A program made the position numbers and the translations under genes. A stretch of DNA of 64,000 bases from a virus. Taxonomy: Duplodnaviria; Caudoviricetes. Positions within the stretch are counted from its first letter, which is position 1, and the number at the start of each line of letters is the position of its first letter. This document shows, piece by piece, positions 27,907 to 37,984 of this stretch. Under the pieces are notes generated by a model. That model was not told where the DNA came from. It did no database searches and worked only from the letters and a program-made list of their open reading frames with translations. The stretch lies in the IMG/VR virus record IMGVR_UViG_2687453780_000005, positions 1 to 64,000 of that record, one strand, 5' to 3'.

Positions 27907-28476
27907 TTATTCTCCCTTAATCTTTTTATATTTTTTACATGCACCATCAATAATTTCTTCTTGTACGCGCCCTTCTTTTGCCTGTTTCAAAATACTGCAA
28001 TTTCGTTTATATCTGGTACAACCGATGCAATTAGATTCAAAATTTTCTAATTGTGAAATATCATTAAATATTCCTATGTAGTCAACAGGACAAATCGTAA
28101 TTTCTATTCTAGGATTTTTACCATCGTAATAAATTCCTTGTACGCGTTCGCATAATTGAGTGTCATCTATCCATACACAACCAGTATCAGTGATTGCATC
28201 TGCCAGACACTTAAAAACATTGTTTGCATCCATATCTGTTCTTGGAAAGTAAAAAACACAGTCCATGTAGTAATGACTGTATTTATTATCTGAAATTATC
28301 CAATTTTGTTTTATAACTTGCTCTTTCACGTATTTTGCAAATTCCTTTTGATATTTTGATGCTTCTGGCTTTTTATAGCTTACAGCCATAGGTTTTCCAT
28401 TTTTCAAAATCCCGCGCCAACCAAGATAATGGTTTACTGAAGGAGGAATGGGAGATATTAATTCTAATTTATTAAT
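27907..28476 (-). CDS. rusA: RusA-like Holliday junction resolvase (probable ATT start)
   Basis: In-frame extension gives PPSVNHY; DANNxxKxLxD and DDTQ motifs; GAGGTG RBS before ATT at 28476. Confidence 0.75.
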   Translation of the reverse strand: MNKLELISPIPPSVNHYLGWRGILKNGKPMAVSYKKPEASKYQKEFAKYVKEQVIKQNWIISDNKYSHYYMDCVFYFPRTDMDANNVFKCLADAITDTGCVWIDDTQLCERVQGIYYDGKNPRIEITICPVDYIGIFNDISQLENFESNCIGCTRYKRNCSILKQAKEGRVQEEIIDGACKKYKKIKGE

Positions 28477-28545
28477 TTTGTCACCTCATATTATCCATTA
28501 AAATAGGACAGAAGAGTAATGATTACTCGACTGTCCATCAACTAC

Positions 28546-28926
28546 TTACCATTTAAAATTTGGTAGGATTTGATACAGAATTGTTACAATGATCCCACCT
28601 ATGAATACCCACCATGCTTTTTCTTTGATATTATCCATGAACCTTTTTGTTTCTTTCGCTGGACGATTTTCAATTTCTGTTACTTTGGTGGTAAGTGCAT
28701 CTTGCCCGGATTTTACTTCACTTATATCTTCTCGTAACTGAGTGCGTAATTGCATCATTGAATTCGTTAGGTTCTCTACTGAATTGACTAATTTATAGAT
28801 GACTTTTTGTTCACCTTTAAGATCTTTTATATCGTCTTCGCAAGTTTTTATGCGTCTATCTTGTTCTCCGATTTTTACACTTGCATTTTCAACCTTCACA
28901 GCAAGTTCAGGATACTTTTCATCCAT
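28546..28926 (-). CDS. XhlA-like membrane-anchored lysis protein
   Basis: Coiled coil plus C-terminal TM segment, beside the endolysin. Confidence 0.6.
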   Translation of the reverse strand: MDEKYPELAVKVENASVKIGEQDRRIKTCEDDIKDLKGEQKVIYKLVNSVENLTNSMMQLRTQLREDISEVKSGQDALTTKVTEIENRPAKETKRFMDNIKEKAWWVFIGGIIVTILYQILPNFKW

Positions 28927-28937
28927 ATGCCACCCCC

Positions 28938-29852
28938 CTAGAAAACTTTGAAATGGCTAGTATTTGGATTGATTTCCTCCTTGCCTTCCCAAATTCCATC
29001 TTTATTTATAAAATAATATACATCATTCTTACTCTTCGATTTCACATATGCATTAGTTACCATTTCTCCGGAATTACAAAAGTAATACCACTTGCCTTCG
29101 TATTCAAACCACTGGTTTGCAAGCATGGCGCAATTGCTATCAAAGTAGTACCAGCTCTCATTATGCTTGTACCAGTCGCCTTGAACAGCGAATCCGTTAT
29201 CCCCAAGGAAGAAACTCCAATAATCATTACCGTCAGTTTTAGAAGTCCATCTATACCAATTATTCTTTACACAGTTGCCAGTATCACCAAGATAGAATCT
29301 CCAATGTTCATCTTCAAGCAGCCACCCAGATTTCTTTATTGGTTCTGCTACAAGCGCAGACTTAAAGGCGCTCCAAGTATGTTTTGTGTGATTGTATACA
29401 TAAGGATTTGGGCAAATCTTCCCAGTAACGTCGTGATGTCGGATCACATGATTTGCAGGAACATTGTGCTTAACCATCAGTTCCCTTGTCAGTGCAATGG
29501 TTGCCTGAACTGTAGCGTCCTCGAAGTACCAATCACGACTTATATCGGCCTGGCTGCCCTTATTGCGGACGCACATTTCTATTCCTATGCTATTAGTGTT
29601 ACGACATTCTGAGTGCACGTATGATTTTGCTCCACAATGCCATGCAATATTTTTGTTCTCTACCGATTGCCAGATAGAACCATCAAAATCAACGTAATAA
29701 TGAGCTGAAGCACTTCGATTACCACCTGCATAATATTTACAGTTGGCCAACGCCCCTCCTGTTGCTCCAACATAATGAATAACTATGTACTTAATTCTAT
29801 CTGTTGTGCTGACAGTGTGATTATAAGGAGTAAGATACTTGTTAATAATCAT
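28938..29852 (-). CDS. Endolysin, N-acetylmuramoyl-L-alanine amidase with cell-wall-binding repeats
   Basis: IVIHY, SAHY, AWHCG, SIGIE, RHHDVTGKICP; WYYF repeats. Confidence 0.92.
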   Translation of the reverse strand: MIINKYLTPYNHTVSTTDRIKYIVIHYVGATGGALANCKYYAGGNRSASAHYYVDFDGSIWQSVENKNIAWHCGAKSYVHSECRNTNSIGIEMCVRNKGSQADISRDWYFEDATVQATIALTRELMVKHNVPANHVIRHHDVTGKICPNPYVYNHTKHTWSAFKSALVAEPIKKSGWLLEDEHWRFYLGDTGNCVKNNWYRWTSKTDGNDYWSFFLGDNGFAVQGDWYKHNESWYYFDSNCAMLANQWFEYEGKWYYFCNSGEMVTNAYVKSKSKNDVYYFINKDGIWEGKEEINPNTSHFKVF

Positions 29853-29871
29853 ATCGTATATCTCCAATCTT

Positions 29872-30126
29872 TTATTTCTTCTCAATCCATTGCTTGAATA
29901 ACTGATGCATACCTACGCTAGATAGTCCTGATACAAGTCCACCTAATACGACCTGTGGAGTAATCAGCCAATTACTAATCCATGCAGATAAACCAATGCC
30001 TAAAACAGCACAAATTGTTGGAATGTACTTATTATCAACATCCTTAATCCAGTTCTTAATAACATACCCAAAGCATAAACAGATTCCTAAAACTACAGGC
30101 AACATATATTCATTTAAAAATTCCAT
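29872..30126 (-). CDS. Holin
   Basis: 84 aa, multiple TM segments, NKYIP motif, upstream of the endolysin. Confidence 0.85.
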   Translation of the reverse strand: MEFLNEYMLPVVLGICLCFGYVIKNWIKDVDNKYIPTICAVLGIGLSAWISNWLITPQVVLGGLVSGLSSVGMHQLFKQWIEKK

Positions 30127-30163
30127 AACACATACCCCTTTCATTTTGAAGCAAAGTTGAATT

Positions 30164-30421
30164 TTATAGTAATTCATGATTAAGCCATTTTTGATAGGCT
30201 CTTTTACTTTCATTTTTATTAAATACAAATACCAAATTATCTTTAGACCAGAAGATATCAATAAGCGGAACATTATTTTTAATATAAAGTCCTGCCTGTT
30301 TTGTATTTACAATTCTTACGGTATCCTCAACTTCGTATTCGCGATTAAACTGTTCACTGTATTCTCTAATTATATTCACCGCTTTCATATATTTATTGGC
30401 GTAAAAAATAGGGATAATCAA
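30164..30421 (-). CDS. Small hypothetical protein (start may be ATT at 30370)
   Basis: ORF track; GAAAGCGGTG precedes an in-frame ATT. Confidence 0.6.
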   Translation of the reverse strand: MIIPIFYANKYMKAVNIIREYSEQFNREYEVEDTVRIVNTKQAGLYIKNNVPLIDIFWSKDNLVFVFNKNESKRAYQKWLNHELL

Positions 30422-30461
30422 AATTCTGATGAATAATGGTTATCCCCAAATCTTATAATCA

Positions 30462-30797
30462 CTATTCATCATTTTCATTGACGGTTTCACTTTCTTTAAG
30501 TTTGCTTTTTCTCTTACCTTTAGCAACAGTCTCTGATTTTAAAATTTCGTTAATTGTGTTTTTAATATTATCTTCATAAGTATCAAGTTCTTTTAAATCG
30601 CAACCATTTAATAAATCTCTAGTAGACTCTTTATCTACATACCCATTGGTATAATCTCTAAGTATAAGAAATATTTTGTAACAGTTGGTTGTATCAGTTA
30701 TCTTTCTCCATGGAGTGAAAGATATTGTGTTTGAGCAAGTATGACATACATGATATTTTTTACCACATATACTGCACTTCGCATTAAGTTCTCCCAT
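30462..30797 (-). CDS. Zn-finger hypothetical protein
   Basis: CSICGKKYHVCHTC. Confidence 0.7.
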   Translation of the reverse strand: MGELNAKCSICGKKYHVCHTCSNTISFTPWRKITDTTNCYKIFLILRDYTNGYVDKESTRDLLNGCDLKELDTYEDNIKNTINEILKSETVAKGKRKSKLKESETVNENDE

Positions 30798-30839
30798 TAA
30801 TACCTCTCAATAAAAGAGGCGGAACTCCGCCTCAGTTAA

Positions 30840-31634
30840 TTAATCTTCGGAAATGATGATGTCAAATAGTCTGGCTTTTTCATCGCAGTATGGCTTCTGA
30901 AGCTTATAACTAGCAGCATGTTTTCCATCAGCAGTTAAATTGATTTCAACAGAAGAGGGATCAATCTGTGCTCTAGCAACAGAAATAACACCAGCATAAA
31001 CAAGATTTGTATTGCATGGATCATGGAAGATTCCATGAATAAGCAAAGACTTAACGGCAGGTACTCCATCCGTATTCTTTGACACTTTTACAGCATTTTC
31101 AGTTTCTTTATCATAACGAACAAATGCTCTACCTGTGACTCCAGATGGAAGAGTGATTGTTTTTGTGGCTACGTCCAATGTGAATTTTCCATCACCAGCA
31201 GTTGCAGAAACTTCGTATGTCTTACCAAAAGTATTATTTTCGTTAATTACTTTTACATACTTTACTTCTGCTCCAGCAGTTCCAACTGGCGCATATTTTA
31301 AAACAACTGTTCCGTCAGATGCAATGGGAATAGTTTCTGACACTGGCATTATTATTTTGTTTGTAGCACTTGCAACTTCTTTTTGGGTTCCAAACTGTGA
31401 AGCAGCCAAATCAAGAGAAAATAGACTGTTTGTAAAATCAAATGTGCCAGTCTGTGCATTATAAAACGTTGTAATCTCTGACCCCATAGCATCCGTTACC
31501 GGAGTGCCATCAGCAGATGTTTTCAAACTCGGACTCTCAATCTGAGTATAACGTCCAGTCAGCTCATTTGTTGCTGGATCATATTCCTCAACTGCCCTAA
31601 TCTTTTCAAGAACTAGTTCATTAGGATTAAACAT
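30840..31634 (-). CDS. Major tail tube protein (putative)
   Basis: 264 aa, Thr/Ala/Gly-rich, strong RBS, position in the tail module. Confidence 0.65.
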   Translation of the reverse strand: MFNPNELVLEKIRAVEEYDPATNELTGRYTQIESPSLKTSADGTPVTDAMGSEITTFYNAQTGTFDFTNSLFSLDLAASQFGTQKEVASATNKIIMPVSETIPIASDGTVVLKYAPVGTAGAEVKYVKVINENNTFGKTYEVSATAGDGKFTLDVATKTITLPSGVTGRAFVRYDKETENAVKVSKNTDGVPAVKSLLIHGIFHDPCNTNLVYAGVISVARAQIDPSSVEINLTADGKHAASYKLQKPYCDEKARLFDIIISED

Positions 31635-31681
31635 GTATTATTACCTCCAATATTTTTATATTAATTAAAAAAAGAACCTGA

Positions 31682-32425
31682 CTAATCAAGTTCTCCTAAC
31701 CAATCAAGTTTCTTATTTGATATCTTTGTAAGATCCAATCCATATCCAGAGTAACCACTCTGTAGCAATAAATCTGCGTCTTTAATTCTCTGTATTCTTT
31801 TAACAGAATCTAAAAATGCGTTAATTTTCATATCCCAAACATTGTCATGATTACATTTGAAACCCTCTCGATTAATCATTGATGAAATAACATTTTTTAA
31901 TTGAGAAGAATATTGCTTATTCTTACTCATTTCGTATGCCTCACGATCATCATCGATTAGAATTTGTTTTGTTGATTCGTTAGCTGGCAACTGTGAATTA
32001 CGTTTTATCATATGAATTTTTCTAAGTGCATCTACAAACACCAAATATGTATATTCGTCAAATAAAATATCATCTGTTGAATTGTACATTACGATATCAT
32101 CGTTGTCTCTCTTTTGAAATAACTGGAATTTTGAAAAATCCAAGTTACCAAATAATATCGATGTTCTTTCCACAGGGAATCCCTTACATAATAAGTTTGA
32201 GAATAAAGTGTAGTCATCAATCTTGGTATAGTCAACTCCGAGGTCGTAAAGTTGAAACTTCATGTCTGCACCAACGGAAGTCAAAGTATGAATCATAAAC
32301 CAATATTCCTTTTCTCCGTAATCACAGATTTCACCTAGAGTCGGCTGCCTAATTGATATTTTGTCTGTTATATGAATATTTTTTCCGCGATAAATCTTTA
32401 ATTCATCTATTATTTGATTCTCCAA
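31682..32425 (-). CDS. Virion morphogenesis hypothetical protein
   Basis: 247 aa in the neck/tail block. Confidence 0.65.
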   Translation of the reverse strand: MENQIIDELKIYRGKNIHITDKISIRQPTLGEICDYGEKEYWFMIHTLTSVGADMKFQLYDLGVDYTKIDDYTLFSNLLCKGFPVERTSILFGNLDFSKFQLFQKRDNDDIVMYNSTDDILFDEYTYLVFVDALRKIHMIKRNSQLPANESTKQILIDDDREAYEMSKNKQYSSQLKNVISSMINREGFKCNHDNVWDMKINAFLDSVKRIQRIKDADLLLQSGYSGYGLDLTKISNKKLDWLGELD

Positions 32426-32429
32426 TTTA

Positions 32430-32966
32430 TCACCTCGAATCGTAGCAGAGGGAATTGTTTATATCTTTTGTTTCAAACAACATTCTTCTATAAACAAAAT
32501 CGGCATTGAAGACACCTTCTCTATTAGACGTAAGTTTTAGTTCCCCAATTAGGTTGAGCTTCGTCATGTCATCGTCAGTACCCAAACTTGTTCTTCCATT
32601 AAATTTTCCATCTAATAATTTTGATAGATAGTCATTCCGATTCTCAGCAACCCCAGGAAATTCTTTGGGATTTAATATCATATGTCTATTATGACTATAA
32701 ATCCATAACTCAAGAGTTGGTTTAATCCATTTGTCCCTATAAGCTTCTGTGTGTACCTGTAATGTTACAAATGTTATTTCTTCTTTAATGGTTTCAGGAT
32801 TTTGGTTCCAATTAAATATGTATTTATCTCCAACATTTTCCCCAGACCAATCGGGATCAGAATTATCGTAATTAGGACTACCAAAAGCCTTAACAATCTC
32901 TGGATCATTAACAATTTCACTCTTTACTTTTCTTTTAATGAGAGAGATTATTGAACTGTTAGCCAT
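32430..32966 (-). CDS. Putative neck/tail completion protein
   Basis: 178 aa; called by position. Confidence 0.55.
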   Translation of the reverse strand: MANSSIISLIKRKVKSEIVNDPEIVKAFGSPNYDNSDPDWSGENVGDKYIFNWNQNPETIKEEITFVTLQVHTEAYRDKWIKPTLELWIYSHNRHMILNPKEFPGVAENRNDYLSKLLDGKFNGRTSLGTDDDMTKLNLIGELKLTSNREGVFNADFVYRRMLFETKDINNSLCYDSR

Positions 32967-34048
32967 TATAAGTTACCTCCAATCTCTATAAGTTCTGAAG
33001 TAACCTCTTTACCGTTGATGACAACCGAAATCTTTACATAGTTGCCCAAAATTAAATCATCATATCCAAGCTTAACCTTACAACGCTTATCCGATAGTGT
33101 TTCTATATTTAAGAGCGAAGAGAATTCATCTGTAATTGAAACCTTCCATTCAAAATCTGGGTCCGTAACCGAATTGCCATCTGAATCTGTAAATGTTGCT
33201 GTAAATGTCTTTGCGGTTCCACCGGCGTTAATGACCTTGTCACCTTTCCACTTAATAACAATTTGCAAGAAAATTGGACTTTGATTGCCATTATCATTAC
33301 CTGGATCAGTGGGAGATGATGGAGTAGTAGGTTCTTTGTAGTCACATATCCATACTTTATCGCCAGCGCCATTATCAACAAGTTTATCGTTAGTTGGGCT
33401 GGCTTGAACTTGAGTGAAAATTAGATTAATCAGCCCCTTATCTGTGAAATCATAGGATATGTCATCAATCCTTGTAATCTCATATGGCTTACACTTCCGA
33501 ATATTTTTTGACATATGTATTCTCTTATTATCGTCCAACAACATGGTTTCATTGTCATATGGTAGATAAACCATAAACTGATTAGATTGAAGGGTAAGAG
33601 TTTTATTTTCCTTTTCTCCATTATTATAGGCCGATGCATTTAAGATGTGGGCATATCGAGATACTATTTCACCTGATTCGTTTTGCCAATGAAGTTTGTA
33701 GTTACATATACTGGCGGCTGATTTATCGTAGATACCATTATTATCAACCTTACCTTTTAACAGCCAGATTGCACCTGATTTATCCTTGACATAATGAAAC
33801 AAGTTTAATGTTCCTATATTAGCCAAAACTTGTCGCTTAATTGAATTAGTGTCGGAATCTGCCATTTTGTTTTGAATGATGGCTCTTGACGCAAATTCAG
33901 TTGATATATCATTATTGTAAAATACAACATCTTCTCCAACTTCTGAAGATATCATTTCTGCAAATGAATCTGATTTGTAATCATTGAATACATTGTTTTC
34001 CAACCCGCTGGAGAGAGAGGGAGAACCTATTAAGTACCATTCTTTCAT
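32966..34048 (-). CDS. Putative head-closure protein with C-terminal Ig-like domain
   Basis: 360 aa; Pro-rich linker then a beta-rich domain. Confidence 0.55.
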   Translation of the reverse strand: MKEWYLIGSPSLSSGLENNVFNDYKSDSFAEMISSEVGEDVVFYNNDISTEFASRAIIQNKMADSDTNSIKRQVLANIGTLNLFHYVKDKSGAIWLLKGKVDNNGIYDKSAASICNYKLHWQNESGEIVSRYAHILNASAYNNGEKENKTLTLQSNQFMVYLPYDNETMLLDDNKRIHMSKNIRKCKPYEITRIDDISYDFTDKGLINLIFTQVQASPTNDKLVDNGAGDKVWICDYKEPTTPSSPTDPGNDNGNQSPIFLQIVIKWKGDKVINAGGTAKTFTATFTDSDGNSVTDPDFEWKVSITDEFSSLLNIETLSDKRCKVKLGYDDLILGNYVKISVVINGKEVTSELIEIGGNL

Positions 34049-34059
34049 AGTACGCCGCC

Positions 34060-34452
34060 TTAAACAAAAGCGGTTGACTTTTGATTTTCAACCATTTCAG
34101 ATGATTTGCTTCCAATATATTCAAGATGTGCCTTTTCAGCCGTTTTTGCTCCATTAGACCCGTCCCAACTTAAATCCTTTGTGACAATGCTAACCCTCTT
34201 ATTTACGAGGGAAACTTGCCGTTCTTGATATAATTGATACATAAATTGTGCAAGTGTATCTATTATGTATTGATCTAGTTTTTCATCAAATTCCATCATT
34301 TTTTCATCGAAATGAAGTTCATCTAATTCAACAGAGTATCTTCCTATTGCCTTCTTTAACCATATTAACTCAAGAGAATCTGGCAACACGGTTTTTTCAG
34401 CAAAGGAAGATTCAAAAGAGTCTATTACATCTTTTGCTAATGTATTGGCCAT
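34060..34452 (-). CDS. Putative head-tail adaptor
   Basis: 130 aa, helical, downstream of the capsid gene. Confidence 0.55.
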   Translation of the reverse strand: MANTLAKDVIDSFESSFAEKTVLPDSLELIWLKKAIGRYSVELDELHFDEKMMEFDEKLDQYIIDTLAQFMYQLYQERQVSLVNKRVSIVTKDLSWDGSNGAKTAEKAHLEYIGSKSSEMVENQKSTAFV

Positions 34453-34465
34453 AACTCCTCCAATC

Positions 34466-34930
34466 CTACAGTTTGTTTCCAGTATAACTAAGGCAAAACT
34501 GTATCTTTTGATAATCGTTAATGTTTAGCGTTTTAATCATTTCAATAAGAAATACTTTTTCAGCACGTGTGACAATTGTCTTTTTGATATTATCTTCAAA
34601 GGCTTTCATTGTTTTCAACTCAAAAATCTTCTTAATAATATCATTATCTACTATCTGCTGTTTTCTTCCTTCTGCATCAAAGTCTAACTGATTTCTTACA
34701 TATTCATCTTCAATGATCCATGTTGCATGAGAACCGTATCCGTCAGTTCCGGTCAATAATTTATTACCACTCTGTCCCTGAGCAATAACTTCTTCTCTGG
34801 TTAGATAGACAATACCATTAGCGGGGACATTGATATCTCCGGTACTTGTTTTTCTAGCAGCACCGGTGAGCCACGGAGCTATGCTTCTAACTTTTATTTT
34901 TTCATCAAGTCTAATTTCTTTGGGTTCCAT
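34466..34930 (-). CDS. Hypothetical protein
   Basis: Likely start MEPKEI after AAGGAG. Confidence 0.65.
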   Translation of the reverse strand: MEPKEIRLDEKIKVRSIAPWLTGAARKTSTGDINVPANGIVYLTREEVIAQGQSGNKLLTGTDGYGSHATWIIEDEYVRNQLDFDAEGRKQQIVDNDIIKKIFELKTMKAFEDNIKKTIVTRAEKVFLIEMIKTLNINDYQKIQFCLSYTGNKL

Positions 34931-34961
34931 TATAATCTCCTTAACAATTAGTTTAAAATTT

Positions 34962-35138
34962 TCAATTATTTTTGATTGAACTCCACAGTTGAATGAGAGT
35001 ATTGAGCCTATCTGATTTTGCAAATGTCCAATATCTCATACCGCTGTTTATATTAACTTTTGTAGAAATATATCTCTGGTCAAAACTTCTTAAAAAATAT
35101 GCCATTTTCTTAGAATAACAATAGAATATATCACTCAT
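34962..35138 (-). CDS. Small hypothetical protein
   Basis: MSDIFYCYSKKMAYFL, GGTGA RBS. Confidence 0.6.
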   Translation of the reverse strand: MSDIFYCYSKKMAYFLRSFDQRYISTKVNINSGMRYWTFAKSDRLNTLIQLWSSIKNN

Positions 35139-35183
35139 ATAATCACCAAGAGAGAGCATTACGCCCTCTCAAAATCCCTTTTG

Positions 35184-36281
35184 TTAATCTGCTAGATCAT
35201 CAAGATTTGTATCATGGATCGTACCAACTTTGTACTCCTGTCCTGGAGCCACAATTGCACCAACTTCAAGATCAAATCGTGAGATTAGCTGTCCAGTTGT
35301 TACCTCGTTGCCACTGAAAGAAGTTAAGCCACCTCTTGTTACAGTATAAATAGGTGAAGCAGAACCAGCAGGTAATACAAAACCAAGTCCCGCAGGAAGC
35401 ATAGTATTAAAGTTGTCACCTGTAGAGTTGATGCTTGTTAAATCATACGGATTTGGAATTTCTGACAAGATAGTACCGTTATACATTCCCATCAATCCGC
35501 TATCATGGATTTCTTTCATAATAGCTTCGGAAATTCCGTTTACTGTAGGAGTTGTACCAACATAACCAGCCCAAGGATTAAACTGTGTAAGTAATGCATA
35601 GTCACCTGAAACAGTAGTCTTTCCGAAACGTCTAATCTTAGTGATTACATCGTCAACTCCTGTTTTTGTAAGACCCGCCCCCTCAAAGAAGTACTTGATT
35701 CCAGTAGCAGCCTTGATAGCGTCGTAAACAGTCTGAATAACGTATTTTGTGGCTTTATTTCTGATCTGTACTCTTACCTGATTCTGTAACTCGTTTTCAT
35801 CAGACATGTCACCGAGAGTAGCCTTACGATAATCTACAGCATAACCGCCAGAAATAACAGTAGTTGCAATTGGAACTCTTTTCTTACGAATAACAGGGAA
35901 ACCAACGTCCTGTCCAGCAGCTTGTTCTTTTGCTGGCAAATTAGCGTACTCTGTAATTTCTACTTCACAAGACTCATTGTATCCAAGCGGCTTATAGTTA
36001 CCGTAAATACCAAGCAATTTAATTTCCTGAAGCAAAACAGGTTCGATAGCAAGTCTACGAATTGTATTCAGCTCAGAAATTGCAGTCGAATCACCATTAG
36101 TTGCCTTTGAATTTAATTCTTTAATATATTTCGCCGCAGCATCGGCCTTTTTACCATAAGAAGATAACTCTTTACCATTTACCATTGCGGAGAAAATTTC
36201 TACAACAGCAGACTTGCCATTTACCTTTCCGCTTGCGTACTCAGAATCTCTTCTTTCATTGTTTAATTCGATTGTATACAT
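35184..36281 (-). CDS. Major capsid protein (putative)
   Basis: 365 aa, AAGGAGG RBS, after the scaffold/decoration genes, hairpin downstream. Confidence 0.78.
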   Translation of the reverse strand: MYTIELNNERRDSEYASGKVNGKSAVVEIFSAMVNGKELSSYGKKADAAAKYIKELNSKATNGDSTAISELNTIRRLAIEPVLLQEIKLLGIYGNYKPLGYNESCEVEITEYANLPAKEQAAGQDVGFPVIRKKRVPIATTVISGGYAVDYRKATLGDMSDENELQNQVRVQIRNKATKYVIQTVYDAIKAATGIKYFFEGAGLTKTGVDDVITKIRRFGKTTVSGDYALLTQFNPWAGYVGTTPTVNGISEAIMKEIHDSGLMGMYNGTILSEIPNPYDLTSINSTGDNFNTMLPAGLGFVLPAGSASPIYTVTRGGLTSFSGNEVTTGQLISRFDLEVGAIVAPGQEYKVGTIHDTNLDDLAD

Positions 36282-36307
36282 TATCTTTATTCCTCCTTAA
36301 AAGTCGA

Positions 36308-36742
36308 TTACTCACCATCTGCCGGTACAACTACAGATGCGATAATTCCAAGTTTATTCCCAATGATTTCATCAACAACAAGATATAATCCAGTCGGAGA
36401 TGCGGTAACAACAAGTTTTCCAGTTACATCAGAAGCCAATTTATTGCCCTTTGCATATGTAGAAGGAAGAGGAGAGCCATAAACCTCAATTTTCTTTCCT
36501 GTTGCCGCAACTTTCTTTAAATCAATTACTCTAACATGAGTGTTTTTTGCAATAGGATAAACATCCAAGTCGGCATTGTCACCCACCTCTACTTGCATAA
36601 CTGCTTTGGTTGCATTTGCGGCAACAGCGAAAGATTCGTTAGCAACAGAACCAAAGTCGCCATTTGCAATTGCTGCGGATGTCACTGCATCTTCAAAAAA
36701 GTATTCCTTCTCAATCTGAGAGATTTTATTAAATTTAATCAT
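36308..36742 (-). CDS. Capsid decoration/cement protein (putative)
   Basis: 144 aa, Ala/Val-rich, between scaffold and capsid genes. Confidence 0.6.
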   Translation of the reverse strand: MIKFNKISQIEKEYFFEDAVTSAAIANGDFGSVANESFAVAANATKAVMQVEVGDNADLDVYPIAKNTHVRVIDLKKVAATGKKIEVYGSPLPSTYAKGNKLASDVTGKLVVTASPTGLYLVVDEIIGNKLGIIASVVVPADGE

Positions 36743-36763
36743 GATTTTCCTCCTTGTTTTTCA

Positions 36764-37933
36764 TTAAAAAATGTTAACATCTTCGTCTTCGTCGCCATCG
36801 GAATATGTACACACTTCTGAGAAAATATCTTCCGTAGTAGTTTCCTTCTTTGAGTTGATTTCAGATGTTTTAGACTGTTCCTTCTGGGCTGCTACAATGC
36901 CTACGCAAATCTTTGCTTTAATTACATCAATGTTGCCCTTATTCGGATCTTCATTAAAAGAATTAATTTCTGATTCTGCAAATTTCTTTTCCTCGTCGGT
37001 GTAAACAGAAATAGCCTCATTTAATTCAGCAATTCTTTTTTCTGCTTTTAACGTAGCCAGTTCTTTTTCAAGAATATCTCTCTCTGCCCAATATGTTTCG
37101 TGCTCTTTATTTAACGTGTCAAGTGCCGCCTGAACCTGCTCTACTGTGGCATTCAGTTCAACAATAGTATTTTCTTTTGAAATAACCAGTTCATTAAGTT
37201 CACTAATCTTTATTTCATATTCAGCAGTTTTGTTGTTTGTCTCAGAAATAGTATCTCTGATAACATTTTTAACTTCGTTCATATCAAATTCCATTAATTC
37301 TTGTTCCTCCTTATTTTTCTTTTCAGCCACTTCCAAAACAATTGCATCATCATCAGCTGGTGATACAGATAAAATTGCAGTACCAGATAATAAAAACTCC
37401 TTTGGTGTTCTGAATTTGTCAGTTGGTTTATCTTCTTCGTAGACGATCTTATTTTGATTAGTTTCTAACCCCATAACCTCAACCGACGAATCTACTTTGT
37501 CAATGGCGTAATTCTGTCTAACCCATTTCACGAAATTAGGATATCTTGAATGGAAAAGAAATCCTTCTCCTGCCAAGACTTTAATTGTTCCTTCCCCGTC
37601 TGAAATTTCTTCAATAGAATACTTTTCAATTGATCCGACAACTTCGCTATTCTCAAAAACTGGTTCTTTTGACCCATCTTCATTAACCAAGTCATTGGTA
37701 TAACCATGCCCAAGAGGAGCAGTTTTTGTATCATCGCAAAACTCACTACAAATTGGTATAGAACCAGAGTTATTGGCCGCATTTAGTACATATTCTTCAT
37801 TCCAATGAATTCCATTTTTGTTTGTATCAGTGGCGTTCTCGTGAATTTTTAGAAGTGCAATTTTGATAGGTACTTTTCCGCCCCTAACGGCACGTTTTGA
37901 AAGTTCGAGGATATTATTTTGATACATAGTCAA
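36764..37933 (-). CDS. Prohead protease/scaffold (putative)
   Basis: Globular N-terminus and acidic coiled-coil C-terminus, after the portal gene. Confidence 0.65.
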   Translation of the reverse strand: MTMYQNNILELSKRAVRGGKVPIKIALLKIHENATDTNKNGIHWNEEYVLNAANNSGSIPICSEFCDDTKTAPLGHGYTNDLVNEDGSKEPVFENSEVVGSIEKYSIEEISDGEGTIKVLAGEGFLFHSRYPNFVKWVRQNYAIDKVDSSVEVMGLETNQNKIVYEEDKPTDKFRTPKEFLLSGTAILSVSPADDDAIVLEVAEKKNKEEQELMEFDMNEVKNVIRDTISETNNKTAEYEIKISELNELVISKENTIVELNATVEQVQAALDTLNKEHETYWAERDILEKELATLKAEKRIAELNEAISVYTDEEKKFAESEINSFNEDPNKGNIDVIKAKICVGIVAAQKEQSKTSEINSKKETTTEDIFSEVCTYSDGDEDEDVNIF

Positions 37934-37984
37934 TCCTCCTTAAATTTTTGTATAATAAAAAGACGGTCAATGACCGCCTTAAAA

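Noticed and set aside
26142-29612. Long plus-strand ORFs 26142..26651 and 28881..29612 (and similar shadow ORFs elsewhere)
   Set aside because: They lie antisense to well-supported genes, lack an RBS and show no recognisable motifs.
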